Source: Scenedesmus sp. PABB004 (Eukaryota). From it: DNA of 64,000 nt. Below the pieces are notes generated by a model. It was not told the DNA's origin and made no database searches. It saw nothing but the letters and a program-made list of their open reading frames with translations. This document shows, piece after piece, positions 23,456 to 34,956 of the stretch. The number at the start of each line of letters is the position of its first letter. Positions within the stretch are counted from its first letter, which is position 1. The DNA lies in contig JABVCE010000041.1 in the NCBI GenBank assembly GCA_014905635.1, positions 124,001 to 188,000 on the forward strand, written 5' to 3'. Position numbers and translations under genes: made by a program.

Positions 23456-26400
23456 ATGGCTACCCGGCGCGGCACGCTGCTGGCGCTGCTGCTGGTCTCT
23501 GGCCTCGCGGCGGCCACGGCGGCTGCGCGGCCCCGGCCGGGCGCGCGGCCCGCGCGGCGGCGGTGCCGCGGTCGACCTCGTCGTGCGGCGTCGCCGTGTG
23601 CTTCTCCATCGACGAGAGCGGCTCCATCGGCACAAACAACTTCCAACTGGTCAGGAACTTCGTGGTCAACGTCATGAACGGCATCGCCGCCCAGACCCCG
23701 AGTGCGGCGCGCGCGGCGCGGCCGCGCGGCCGCGCGCGCGCGCGCGGCTGAGCGAACAGGCGCGCTCGCTCACGCCCCGCTCCCACGCTGGCCCGCAGCC
23801 TACCAGTTTGGTGCCGCCGCGTTTGGCGACGAATCTCGCTACGTTGCCGGTGGGGCACGCCGCGCGCACGGGCGGCGTGGGGAGCGGTGGCGCGGGGCGG
23901 CGCGCGCACGCCCGCGGGGCGGCGCGGCGACGCAAGCCCGAGCGCCGCCTGTGCTTCACGCCGCAGGAATGAGCACGATGACCAGCAACCTGGCCGCCTC
24001 GGTCAACGCCATTACGAACATGCCGTATGCCGCTACCAGGACCAACATGGTACGCCCCTCTCAAGAGCGCGGCAGGGTCGGGGCTGGTGCCCGCCGGCCG
24101 GGCCGCTGCTCGCCGCCCGCGGCCGCTCACGCCGCCCGGCGCCGCAGGAGGGCGGCGTGAGGTACTGCTTCAACAACGACGCCTCCTTGGTTGGGGGCGC
24201 GACCACCCCGCCCGGCGCCGGCATCCTCACGACCGCCAGCACGGGGCTGCCGCGCATCCTCATGCTGCTGACCGACGGCGAGCCCAATCAGCAGTACAAC
24301 AGCCCCTCCATTCCCGGCGCAGACTGCTGCTCCAGCTCTGGTACCACCTGCTGTGCACGAGACAGCAACAACAATTGCATCAACTCTGCAAGCAACTGCT
24401 TTCGAGACGGCGTAAAGTACAGGGGTGCGCGCGTTGCAGGCAGCGCCGGACTGCAGCGCCGCGCACCACCGCGGCTGCACACTGGCAGCGCCCGGGCTCC
24501 GCTCATGCGCGCGCGCCCTTCGCCCCCGCCCTGCTGTGCAGCCGACGTTGCCAAGAACGCTAGCATCACGTTCATCAGCATCGGCGTGGGCGTCTCGCCA
24601 AGCCAAGCGGCCTGGTTGTCGGTGAGCGGCGCGCCACCCCCTTCGCGCTCGCGGCGCCGCCCGGCGCTGCAGCGCTGCCGGGAGCAGCACGGCGGCAAGG
24701 GCCGCCGCGCCGCGCACCGGCCAATCGCGCCGCCGTGCCGCGCCGCTGCGCGGCTGCAGAGCATATCGGACAAGTACTACAACGTCGCCAACTTCTCCGC
24801 CCTGGCGGCCACGGTCGCGGACATTGTGCGCGGCGTGTGCACGGACGCGGCCGTGGTCAAGAGCGTGGTGCCGTCTGCGACGACGCTGGGCAACTCCCTG
24901 ACGTGGACCGTGACCATCAACAACGCCGGCCTGTACGCCATCACCTCGGGGGTCAGCTTCACCGACACTCTGCCGGCTGGCGTCACATACAACTCGGCCG
25001 TGGGGGTCGTCCCAGGGACCGGCGCACCGACACGTGAGCTGCCCGCGCGGCCGCGCTGCTGCGCGTGAGCTCGGGTCTGGCAGCACCCACCGCCGCCGCG
25101 CCGCCCGCAGCAACCTGCGCGTACAACAGCGGCACGAGGAAGCTTGCCTGCAACATCACGTCGGGCAGCTTGGCAGTTGCGGGGCAGTGGCAGTTCGTCT
25201 ACCAGACTTTGGCCACCGACGCCGGCAACCAGACCAACGCGGTGGAAATCACCACGAACCCCGACGGCAACGACAACAATGACAACGCCGCCGCCAGCGC
25301 CATCACCACCCGCACATGCGCGCGGAACTCTGTCAACGCCACGACCGGCGCGGCGCAGCAGTTCCCCTGCGGCACGGGCTCGCAGTTCAACACCGCCAAC
25401 GCCAACAGCACCACCGTCAACCAGGCCACGTGCTGCACGGTGCGCGGCGGCAGGCGGCGGCGGCGCGCGTGGAGGCGGCAGGCGGCGGCGCGCGCGCCGG
25501 CAGGCGGCGGCGCGTGCTTCTGCCGCTTTGTTGCCCGTCGACGCTGCCACCGCCGCCGCCGCGTCCCCGCAGAGCCTGCCCGACATGACCATCACCAAGA
25601 CCGCCTCGGCGACTTCTGTGTTCATTGGTGACCTGATCAGCTATACGCTGACCGCCACCAACTTGGGCCCGGGGGCTGCTTCCAACGTCACGGTCACCGA
25701 CACGCTGCCAGCTGGGCTGGACTTTGTGTCTGCTGGGTCGCCAGGTGCGCGCAAGCTGGCAGCCTTGCACACACACGCTCGCACAGCCAGATGTGCTCCC
25801 CGACCGGCCCCAGCTCTGCTGCAGCGCGCTGAGTGCACGCCCCGCACCCGTCCGGCTGCTGCCGCAGGCTGCTCAGCTGTCGGGCAGGCTGTGACTTGCG
25901 GGCCCAGCGCCGCCGTGGCTGCTGGCGCCAACGTGACGTACGTCGTACAGGCCAGGGCCATCACGGCGGGCACCAAGAACAACCAGGCACGCGTGTCTGC
26001 CAACAACGACTACGACCCCACCAACAACGGCCCCAGCGATGTCTCCGTGACCGTGACCCAGACCTGCGCGCGCAACTCTGTCAACGCCACGACCGGCGCG
26101 GCGCAGCAGTTCCCCTGCGGCACGGGCTCGCAGTTCAACACCGCCAACGCCAACAGCACCACCGTCAACCAGGCCACGTGCTGCACGGTGCGCGGCGGCA
26201 GGCGGCGGCGGCGCGCGTGGAGGCGGCAGGCGGCGGCGCGCGCGCCGGCAGGCGGCGGCGCGTGCTTCTGCCGCTTTGTTGCCCGTCGACGCTGCCACCG
26301 CCGCCGCCGCGTCCCCGCAGAGCCTGCCCGACATGACCATCACCAAGACCGCCTCGGCGACTTCTGTGTTCATTGGTGACCTGATCAGCTATACGCTGAC

Positions 26401-29400
26401 CGCCACCAACTTGGGCCCGGGGGCTGCTTCCAACGTCACGGTCACCGACACGCTGCCGGCTGGGCTGGACTTTGTGTCTGCTGGGTCGCCAGGTGCGCGC
26501 AAGCTGGCAGCCTTGCACACACACGCTCGCACAGCCAGATGTGCTCCCCGGCCGGCCCCAGCTCTGCTGCAGCGCGCTGAGTGCACGCCCCGCACCCGTC
26601 CGGCTGCTGCCGCAGGCTGCTCAGCTGTCGGGCAGGCTGTGACTTGCGGGCCCAGCGCCGCCGTGGCTGCTGGCGCCAACGTGACGTACGTCGTACAGGC
26701 CAGGGCCATCACGGCGGGCACCAAGAACAACCAGGCACGCGTGTCTGCCAACAACGACTACGACCCCACCAACAACGGCCCCAGCGATGTCTCCGTGACC
26801 GTGACCCAGACCTGCGCGCGCAACTCTGTCAACGCCACGACCGGCGCGGCGCAGCAGTTCCCCTGCGGCACGGGCTCGCAGTTCAACACCGCCAACGCCA
26901 ACAGCACCACCGTCAACCAGGCCACGTGCTGCACGGTGCGCGGCGGCAGGCGGCGGCGGCGCGCGTGGAGGCGGCAGGCGGCGGCGCGCGCGCCGGCAGG
27001 CGGCGGCGCGTGCTTCTGCCGCTTTGTTGCCCGTCGACGCTGCCACCGTCGCCGCCGCGTCCCCGCAGAGCCTGCCCGACATGACCATCACCAAGACCGC
27101 CTCGGCGACTTCTGTGTTCATTGGTGACCTGATCAGCTATACGCTGACCGCCACCAACTTGGGCCCGGGGGCTGCTTCCAACGTCACGGTCACCGACACG
27201 CTGCCAGCTGGGCTGGACTTTGTGTCTGCTGGGTCGCCAGGTGCGCGCAAGCTGGCAGCCTTGCACACACGCTCGCACAGCCAGATGTGCTCCCCGGCCG
27301 GCCCCAGCTCTGCTGCAGCGCGCTGAGTGCACGCCCCGCACCCGTCCGGCTGCTGCCGCAGGCTGCTCAGCTGTCGGGCAGGCTGTGACTTGCGGGCCCA
27401 GCGCCGCCGTGGCTGCTGGCGCCAACGTGACGTACGTCGTACAGGCCAGGGCCATCACGGCGGGCACCAAGAACAACCAGGCACGCGTGTCTGCCAACAA
27501 CGACTACGACCCCACCAACAACGGCCCCAGCGATGTCTCCGTGACCGTGACCCAGACCTGCGCGCGCAACTCTGTCAACGCCACGACCGGCGCGGCGCAG
27601 CAGTTCCCCTGCGGCACGGGCTCGCAGTTCAACACCGCCAACGCCAACAGCACCACCGTCAACCAGGCCACGTGCTGCACGGTGCGCGGCGGCGCGCTGT
27701 GCGCGCTGCGGCGGCAGTCGGCGGCGGCGCGCGCGGCGGCGGCAGGCGGTGGCGCGCGCTTCTGCCGCTATGTTGCCCGTCGACGCTGCCACCGCCGCCG
27801 CCGCGTCCCCGCAGAGCCTGCCCGACATGACAATCACCAAGACCGCCTCGGCAAGCACTGTCACTATCAACGACCAGCTCAACTTCACGCTGACCGCCAC
27901 CAACGGTGGTCAAGGTTCTGCATCCGGCGTCAGCGTCACGGACACGCTGCCTGCCGGGCTGCAGTTTGTGACGCCGCTCCCGACAGGTGCGCGCGAGCTG
28001 CAGCGCCGTGCGCACACGCGGCTGGGCGAGATGGCTGGCTGCCCGGCCGCACTGCTGCTGCGCCGCCCCCTCACCGCGGACCTCGTCCGGCTTCCGCTGC
28101 AGGCTGCTCGGCGAGCGGCCAGGCGCTGATCTGCGGGCCCAGCACCGTGGCGGCGGGCGCCAGCGTGGTCTACGTGGTGCGTGCCAAGGCCGTCGCAGAC
28201 GGGACGTGGAACAACAGCGCGCGCGTGTCTGCGCCGGACGACTTTGATCCCACCAACAACGGCCCCAGCGTGGCCACCGTGTGCGTGCGCAAGTCGTGCG
28301 CGGCCAGCTTCGTCAATCAGTGCGGCACGTTCACCGCCGGCTGTGGCGGCACGGTGAGCTGCTCCTGCCCCTCGAATCTGATCTGCAGCGGAGGCACGTG
28401 CACCACCCCGCCGCCCAACCTGTTCAACGACGTCTCGATCACCATGGCGGGGCCGGGCTTTGAGGCGGCGCCAGGCCAGCCCTTCAACTTCACACTCACG
28501 GTCGCAGCGACGGGCACCCAGGCCTCCTCCAACGTCGTCGTCGTGAACACCTTGCCGGCCGGGGTGGAGCTGCTGACGACCCCGCCGGGCTGCACGCTCA
28601 GCGCGCCCGTCCTCACGTGCAACCTCGGCCTGCTCCAGGTGTCGGAGACGCGCACCATCACCCTCACCGTCAAGGCGGCCCAGCCCGGGAGCTTCACCAA
28701 CAGCGCCGAGGTCTCTGCGTTCTTGGACGTCGACCCGACCAACAACAAGGCCAGCGCCACCGCAGTGGTCAAGGGGGTGAGCGCTGCGCGCGGCGGCGGC
28801 GGCGGCGGCGGCGCTGCAGGCGGCAGCCGCTGGCAGCCGGATCCGAAGGGTTGGGGCGCCCGCCGCGGGCGGGACGCAGCCCGACGCGCTCGTCCCCACT
28901 GCTGAACCGCAGAGCGCCGACATGGCCATCACCAAGACCGCCTCGGCGAGCTCGGTGCTGATCGGCAACCAGCTCAACTACACGCTGACCGCCACCAATG
29001 CGGGCTCGGGGCCGGCGACCGGCGTCGTGGTCACTGACACGCTGCCGGCTGGCCTGCTGTTTGTGTCTGCGACCCCGTCGAGTGCGCGCAAGCTGCGGCG
29101 CGGCTGGGCAGGCTGGCTGGCGCTGCAGCACCGCCGCAGCGCTGACCACGTGCGGCGCCGCCGGCGTGGCCCTGCCTGCCGCCGCAGACTGCTCGGCCAG
29201 CGGCAACAAGGTGACGTGCGGGCCCAGCAACGTGGCAGCGGGCGCCAGCGTGGTCTACGTGCTGCGTGCCAAGGCCGTCGCAGCGGGTGTACAGAACAAC
29301 AGCGCGACCGTGTCCGTCCCCGGTGATACCAACACCACCAACAACGGCCCGAGCGTGGCCCCCGTGACCGTGGTCCGCACGTGCGCGCAGTACCAGCCCG

Positions 29401-32103
29401 ACGGCTCGCCCTTCAACTGCACCGGGGGGACGGTGCCAAACACCACGGCCGCCAACAGCACCAGCCCCAGCCAGGCCGCTTGCTGCACGGTGCGCGCACG
29501 CCCGCGCGCGGAACGCCCGCGCCCGCAGCGGGGCGCGCCAGCTCAGCCCGGGCCCGCGTCGGCGGGCGCTGGGCTGACGCGGCACTACTGTACCGGCTTC
29601 CGCAGGGCGCTCCTGTGCCCGACATGTCAATCGCCAAGACCGCATCCGCGACGTCGGTGTCGGTCGGCGATGAGCTGACCTACACGCTCACCGCCACCAA
29701 CGAGGGCACGGGGCCGGCGACGGGCGTCATCGTGAACGACGCGCTGCCGGCCGGGCTGCAGTTTGTGACGCCGCTCCCGACAGGTGCGCGCGAGCTGCAG
29801 CGCCGCCGTGCGCACACGCGGCTAGGCGTAATGGCTGGCTGCCCGGCCGCCACACTGCTGCTGCGCCGCCCCCTCACCGCGCACCCCGCCTGGGCTGCCC
29901 CGCAGGCTGCTCGGCGAGCGGCCAGGCGCTGACCTGCGGGCCCAGCGCCGTGGCGGCAGGCGCCAATGTGGTCTACGTTGTGCGTGCCAAGGCCATCGCG
30001 GCCGGCGCAACGGCCAACTCAGCGACCGTGTCCGCGCCGGGGGACACCAACCCGGGCAACAATGGCCCCGTCGTCGCGCCCGTGACGGTGTGCAGGACGT
30101 GCGCGGCCAACTTCACCAACCAGTGCGGCTCCTTTGACGACGGCTGCGGCGCGAGGCTCAACTGCAGCTGCCCGACCACGCTGCCTTTTTGCGTCTTGGG
30201 CCTCTGCAGCGGCTCGATCGGGCCGCAGGCGGGCGGGGACGTGTCGATGACCAAGGACGGCCCCACCCGCCAGGTGGTCGGCCAGGTCTTCAACTTCACG
30301 CTCACCGTGCGCGTGGAGAGCCTGGACGATGCGCAGAACGTCGTCATCACCGACACCCTGCCCGACGGCCTGACGCTCGTGGCCGTCACGCCACGTGCGC
30401 GCCGCGGGCGCGGCGCCTGCGCCCCCTCTGCGCCGCGCCCGCCGCTGCAGCCGACCCACCCGCCCGCCTGCCCGCCGCTCGCGCGCCGCAGTCACCGGCT
30501 GCACGGTCAGCGCCAACAGCCTCACCTGCGCCATCGGCCGCCTCGCCGCGTCGGGCCCGCCCTACGTGCTGACGGTCAGCGCCAAGGCGACACGCGCCGG
30601 CGCGTTCACCAACACCGCACGCGTGAACGCGACCGACGACCTCAACCAGGCCAACAACGTCGACACCGCGACCGTGACCGTGGTGGGTGACCGTGACCAC
30701 CGGTGGCGCCGCGCGCCGCCCCGTGCGCTGCCGCGTGCGCTGCCACACGCGCGGCCCCGTCGCCGCCGCGCGCGCCGTTGCCCGCCCCGCCGCCGACGGC
30801 GCACTGCTCCCCTCTCCCCCTCCCCCCATGCGCAGGTCGCCGGCGTGTGCTGCTCGCCCAGCGGCAGCTGCCGCGTGGTGGCTCCGACGGCGTGCACTGG
30901 GACGTACAAGTTCAACGAGACCTGCGCGACAGCCCAGTGCACGCCCGTGGGGCCGGTCACGGGCGCTTGCTGCGCGGGCAGGGCCTGCACCGACAACTCC
31001 ACGCGCGCCGGCTGCGACCAGGCGGCCGGCGTGTTCAAGCCCAACGAGGCCTGCACGGCCGACCTCTGCGGGCCCCCGCCACCGGCCCCCGCGGCGCGTG
31101 CTGTGCGCGCAGCACGTGCGTGGCCAACACCACCGCAAGGTCATGCGCCACGCGCAACGGGACGTGGGCGCAGGACGCCGAGTGCACGGTCGCGACCTGC
31201 CCCTCCGCCCTCGGCGCGTGCTGCCTGGCCGGCGCCACCGGCAGCTGCACCGAGCTGCGGCGCAGCCAGTGCGTGCGCCAGGGCGGGAGCTGGAAGCGGG
31301 GCAAGACTTGCGCGCAGGCGTCCTGCACGCCGCCGCCGACGGGCGCGTGCTGCGACGCCAGCTTTGGAAAGTGCTCGGTCACGAGCGAGGCGAGCTGCAC
31401 CAGGGGCAACTGGACGCAGGGCGCGAACTGCACCGTCGATGCCTGTCCCCAGGCTTTCTGCACCCCCGACTGGCGCATGTGCACGCCGTGCGTCGGCGCG
31501 GGCTGCAAGGACCCCTGCTGCTCCCAGACGAGTGCGTGCAAGCCCGTGCAGGGCCCCACCACGCGCTGGTACGCCTGCAAGCCAGGGGAGGGCTGCCGGG
31601 GCGAGAACCAGCCCTGCGGCGAGTGCGCCAACGGCGGTGTCTGCTGCGACGGCCTCACCTGCAAGGTGTGACCGGCTGGTTGCTCGCCCGCACGCCGCGC
31701 GCCAGCGCGCGCGGCGCCCACAAGAGGCAGCCGAGCCTGCGCTCGGCAAGGCTGCTGCCGGCGAGCGCTGACCGCCCGCTGCCGCCGCCGCCGCGCTGCG
31801 GTCGCACTGCGCGCGGCGCAGTGGGACCACAAGGGCAAGGTCGGCGTGTGCAAGAAGCCGTTCACCTGCAAGTTCAGCGGCGACTCGTGCTCCTCGGCCA
31901 CAGAGTGCTGCCCCGGCACCACGTGCGGCGCCGACGGGAAGGTCCGCGACTGCAATTGCAACGCCAAATGCGACAAGGACGATACGGCCTGCGAGGAGAA
32001 GCGGCGCTCGGAGTGCAAGGAGCAGTCGGCCCTTGTCGCAAGCGCGGTGGTGCCCGCACCGAGCGGCGCGCTCGTCCAGGTCGGCCGCGACAGCAGGCGC
32101 TGA
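23456..32103 (+). CDS. Large secreted adhesin-like protein: VWA, 9x DUF11-like Ig domains, Cys-rich GACC repeats; two apparent 1-nt frameshifts
   Basis: Signal peptide MATRRGTLLALLLVSGLAAA. VWA MIDAS IDESGS, TNM, LLTDGEPN, ISIGVG. Repeats of D[M/V].I.K..S......G..L.YTLT.TN.G...A..V.VTDTLP.GL start near 24841, 25580, 26328, 27076, 27822, 28428, 28918, 29620 and 30238. GACC/GVCC repeats at 30836-31450; TGA ends at 32103. Confidence 0.82.
25317..27850 (+). repeat. Intragenic tandem repeat, about 748-bp exon+intron unit, about 3.4 copies
   Basis: The acceptor/exon start agagcctgcccgacatgac recurs at about 25571, 26319, 27067 and 27813 (spacing 748, 748, 746). Introns are nearly identical too. 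Confidence 0.95.
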
Positions 32104-33242
32104 GCTGAGCAGAAACGTACAAATAAGGTCTAGTGTGTGGATTGGGCTGGAGCGCACGCACGCGGCGCGAACCGGGCAGCCCGGCTGCCCGGCGGCCCCA
32201 GCGTCAGGCGTGCTTGGCAGGCCCTCATAACTGACGGCCGCCTGGACCGCACCAGCGCGCTGGCCTGTCGCACTGCACCTGCGTTAGTTGACCCCCGCAC
32301 ACAACGCATGCCAGAGGGCAGGGGGCTTGATTTGCACTGCCCGCTGCCTGGGGCATGGCGCCCGGCGCCCTCCCGGTCCCTGCTCCGGATGCGCCACGCC
32401 GCAACGCACCAAACGCACGCTGCTCGTTTCCACCGCCTCGCGTGGCCGTGCTCGCCGACTTCACCCTCCACAGTGACGCACCGCGTGCAGGCTGCAGGCC
32501 GCCGCTGCTGAGCCGACGTGTTGATGATAAAAGCGCCGTGGTCAGGCTTGACACGCCTGCTCACTCGCGGCGCGTGCGTGTGTGTGTGTGTGGTGGTGGT
32601 GGTGGTGGTGGTGGTGGGGGTGGTGAGGGGTGGGGGGGAGCTCGGTTGCTGGTGGCGGGGCTGCTGGGAGGGGCCCTCATAAAGCCGCGCGGCCTCAGCT
32701 CACGCTGCTCGTGGCCACGCCTGGCGTGCCCGTGCTCGCTGAGCCTATTAATCAGTGCCGTGGGGGCGCGCGCAGTGCCTGCTGTGCTGCGCACGCCGGG
32801 CGTGCAGCGCAAGCCTGGCCCCTGCCCCTCAGCGTGTTGCACACAAAAAGCCACCGCCTGGTGCGGACGCGCGCATGGATTTGCTCGCAGCGGGCTGCAG
32901 CGAGCGCCCGAGGTGGTTGCCGTTGCCGCACGGGTTGACGACAAACGCCCATGTGCGCCCGGCCCACCTTCAATAAGGCACACACCTGCTTCTCGGGGCT
33001 GTCGCGCACTCCACAATCTGCCCGACGCCCGATGCGTGCAGCGTTGTTGAACGCATGGGGCGCGCCTGCCCCGGAACGGAGTGACAAATGAAGCGCCGAG
33101 CCAAACTGGCTGATCTGATGCCTGCCTGCGTTTTCCCGCTGCAGCTCGTCGGAGACCGCGCTACCTAAAAAGCAACGGTAACACTGCGCTGACCACCCTC
33201 TGCAAAAGCGCCGCCGCCGCGCGGAGGTTGCGCAGCGTGACT

Positions 33243-34356
33243 GCAGGGCCGCCTGCGCGGCAGCGTCGCATTGACCGCCCGGCTCCGACTTTGACCGGGT
33301 CACGGGGCGACCGGCCAGCGCTGCGCTGCCGCCCGCAGCCACGCCGTTCGTTACTCTGCCGCCGCTGCGGCGGCCGCCGCCGCTGCGTCAGCCCCGCCCG
33401 CCGCCGCTGCCGCCGCCGCTGCGTCAGCCCCGCCCGCCGCCGCTGCCGCCGCCGCTGCCGCCGCTGCCGCCGCCGCCGCCGCCGCCGCCGCTGCCGCCGC
33501 CGCCGCCTGCGGCCGTGGCGGGCTTGTACTTGTGCGACGTGGTGCGGTTGAGCAGTTGCTTGACCTGGTTCTGGTGCAGGCAGGCCAGGAACTCGGTGAG
33601 GGTGAGCGTCTTGCCGCTGTTCAGGTCGCTCGTGCCAAACACCTCCTCCAGCTTGGCGTCCAGCTCCGCCCGCCCGTAGCGCAGGTACATGATGCGCAGC
33701 GCCTCCTCCAGGCTGATCGCGCCCGCGCCGGCGCGGTCGTGCATCACAAACTCGACCACGTTGAACAGGCCCCGCGGCTCTGTGCCTGACGGCGCGGCCG
33801 GCCGCGCGTCGCAGGCGGCGGGGCAGGTGGGGCGGCGGCGGCAGCAGTCGCACGGCGCGGCGGCTGCGGCTGGGGGCGTCGACGTGGCTTCTCGCAGCTG
33901 CTACGTAGCAGCCGTGCGGCCGCTCCAGCGCCCCGGCCGCCGCCGCCGGTGCGCAGCGCGGCGCGCACCCGCGCTGTCCTGGCGGCAGCGGTGGTAGAGG
34001 CGCTGGAACTCTGCCCAGCTGATGCAGCCGTCGCAGTCCTCGTCAACCTCCCAGATCAGGTCGTCAACCTCGCCGCGCTTGGGCTTGTGCCCCAGCGAGC
34101 TGAACACCTGGGCGCACGCGCGGCGGCGACACATCGCCGCTCTCTCGCGCGCCACGCGCACGGTGCTGCGGGCAGCGTGCCGCCGCCGCCGCAGTGCGGC
34201 CTTCTTCCCGCCGCCCGCACCGCGTGCAGCTCCTCCGGGTCCAGCTGGCCGTCGGCCTTGCTGTCGAGCGCGGTGAACGCGCGGCGCAGGTCCTCCGCCT
34301 CGTTCTTGCGCGCGTAGCGCTCGCGCGCCGCCGCGGACGCCATGGCACCCCACGCC
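33243..34356. repeat. Direct segmental duplicate, copy 2; partner about 21143-22264
   Basis: Direct sequence match to copy 1, about 12.1 kb upstream. Confidence 0.92.
33424..34343 (-). CDS. Calmodulin/centrin-like EF-hand protein, 3 exons, Gly-rich tail
   Basis: MASAAARERYARKNEAEDLRRAFTALDSKADGQLDPEEL|VFSSLG...EVDDLIWEVDEDCDGCISWAEF|...DRAGAGAISLEE...DLNSGKTLTLTEF, i.e. EF-hand loops. Confidence 0.85.
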
Positions 34357-34956
34357 TGCGCCGGCCGCGCCCGGGCGCAGGGCCAGCCCCGGGAGTCTCG
34401 GGAACAGCTGCGCGGGCGGCTCGGCGCGGTCAGCCGCTGCGCGCAGCGGCGGCGGCGTCGGCTCTGCGGCGCGCTGGAGCGCGCTGTGCGTCCGTGGATG
34501 TGCGGCCTGCTGCGCGGCCTGTTGTCGGCTGCGGGCTCTGGAGGCGGCGCACGCACACATGCGGCGAGGGCGGCGCGTGCGCCGGCCGTTGCGCAGGGCT
34601 CTGCGCCGCCGTGTGCGCGCAGGAGAGACACGGCCAAGCGACCCGGCCAAGCGACCCTTCACCAACCAGCTCCGCCCAGCGCCCACCCAGCCGGCAGCCG
34701 AGCGCTCTCGCCACGACGGCGGCGGTAGCAGCAGCGCCCGCCAGCGCTGCCTGCCCTGACGGCGCGCACGCTCACGCTCCGGGTGCCGCGGTCGGCTGGC
34801 GAGTCCGTGAGGGTGCTGCGAAGGGCGTGGCAGCGAGCAGCGCGGCGGCAGCGCAGCCGCGGCGGCGGGCGTCGCCGCTGCTCGCGCGCAGCAGCCCGCG
34901 GCTGCATGGCTGGCGGGGGGCGTGCCGCGCGCTGGAGCTGACAGGTCGCCTCCGCC

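Noticed and set aside
32104..33240. Lower-GC intergenic stretch as possible ncRNA or mobile element (also 10940-11780)
   Set aside because: No recognisable RNA fold, terminal repeats or coding signal by eye; consistent with UTR or intergenic DNA.
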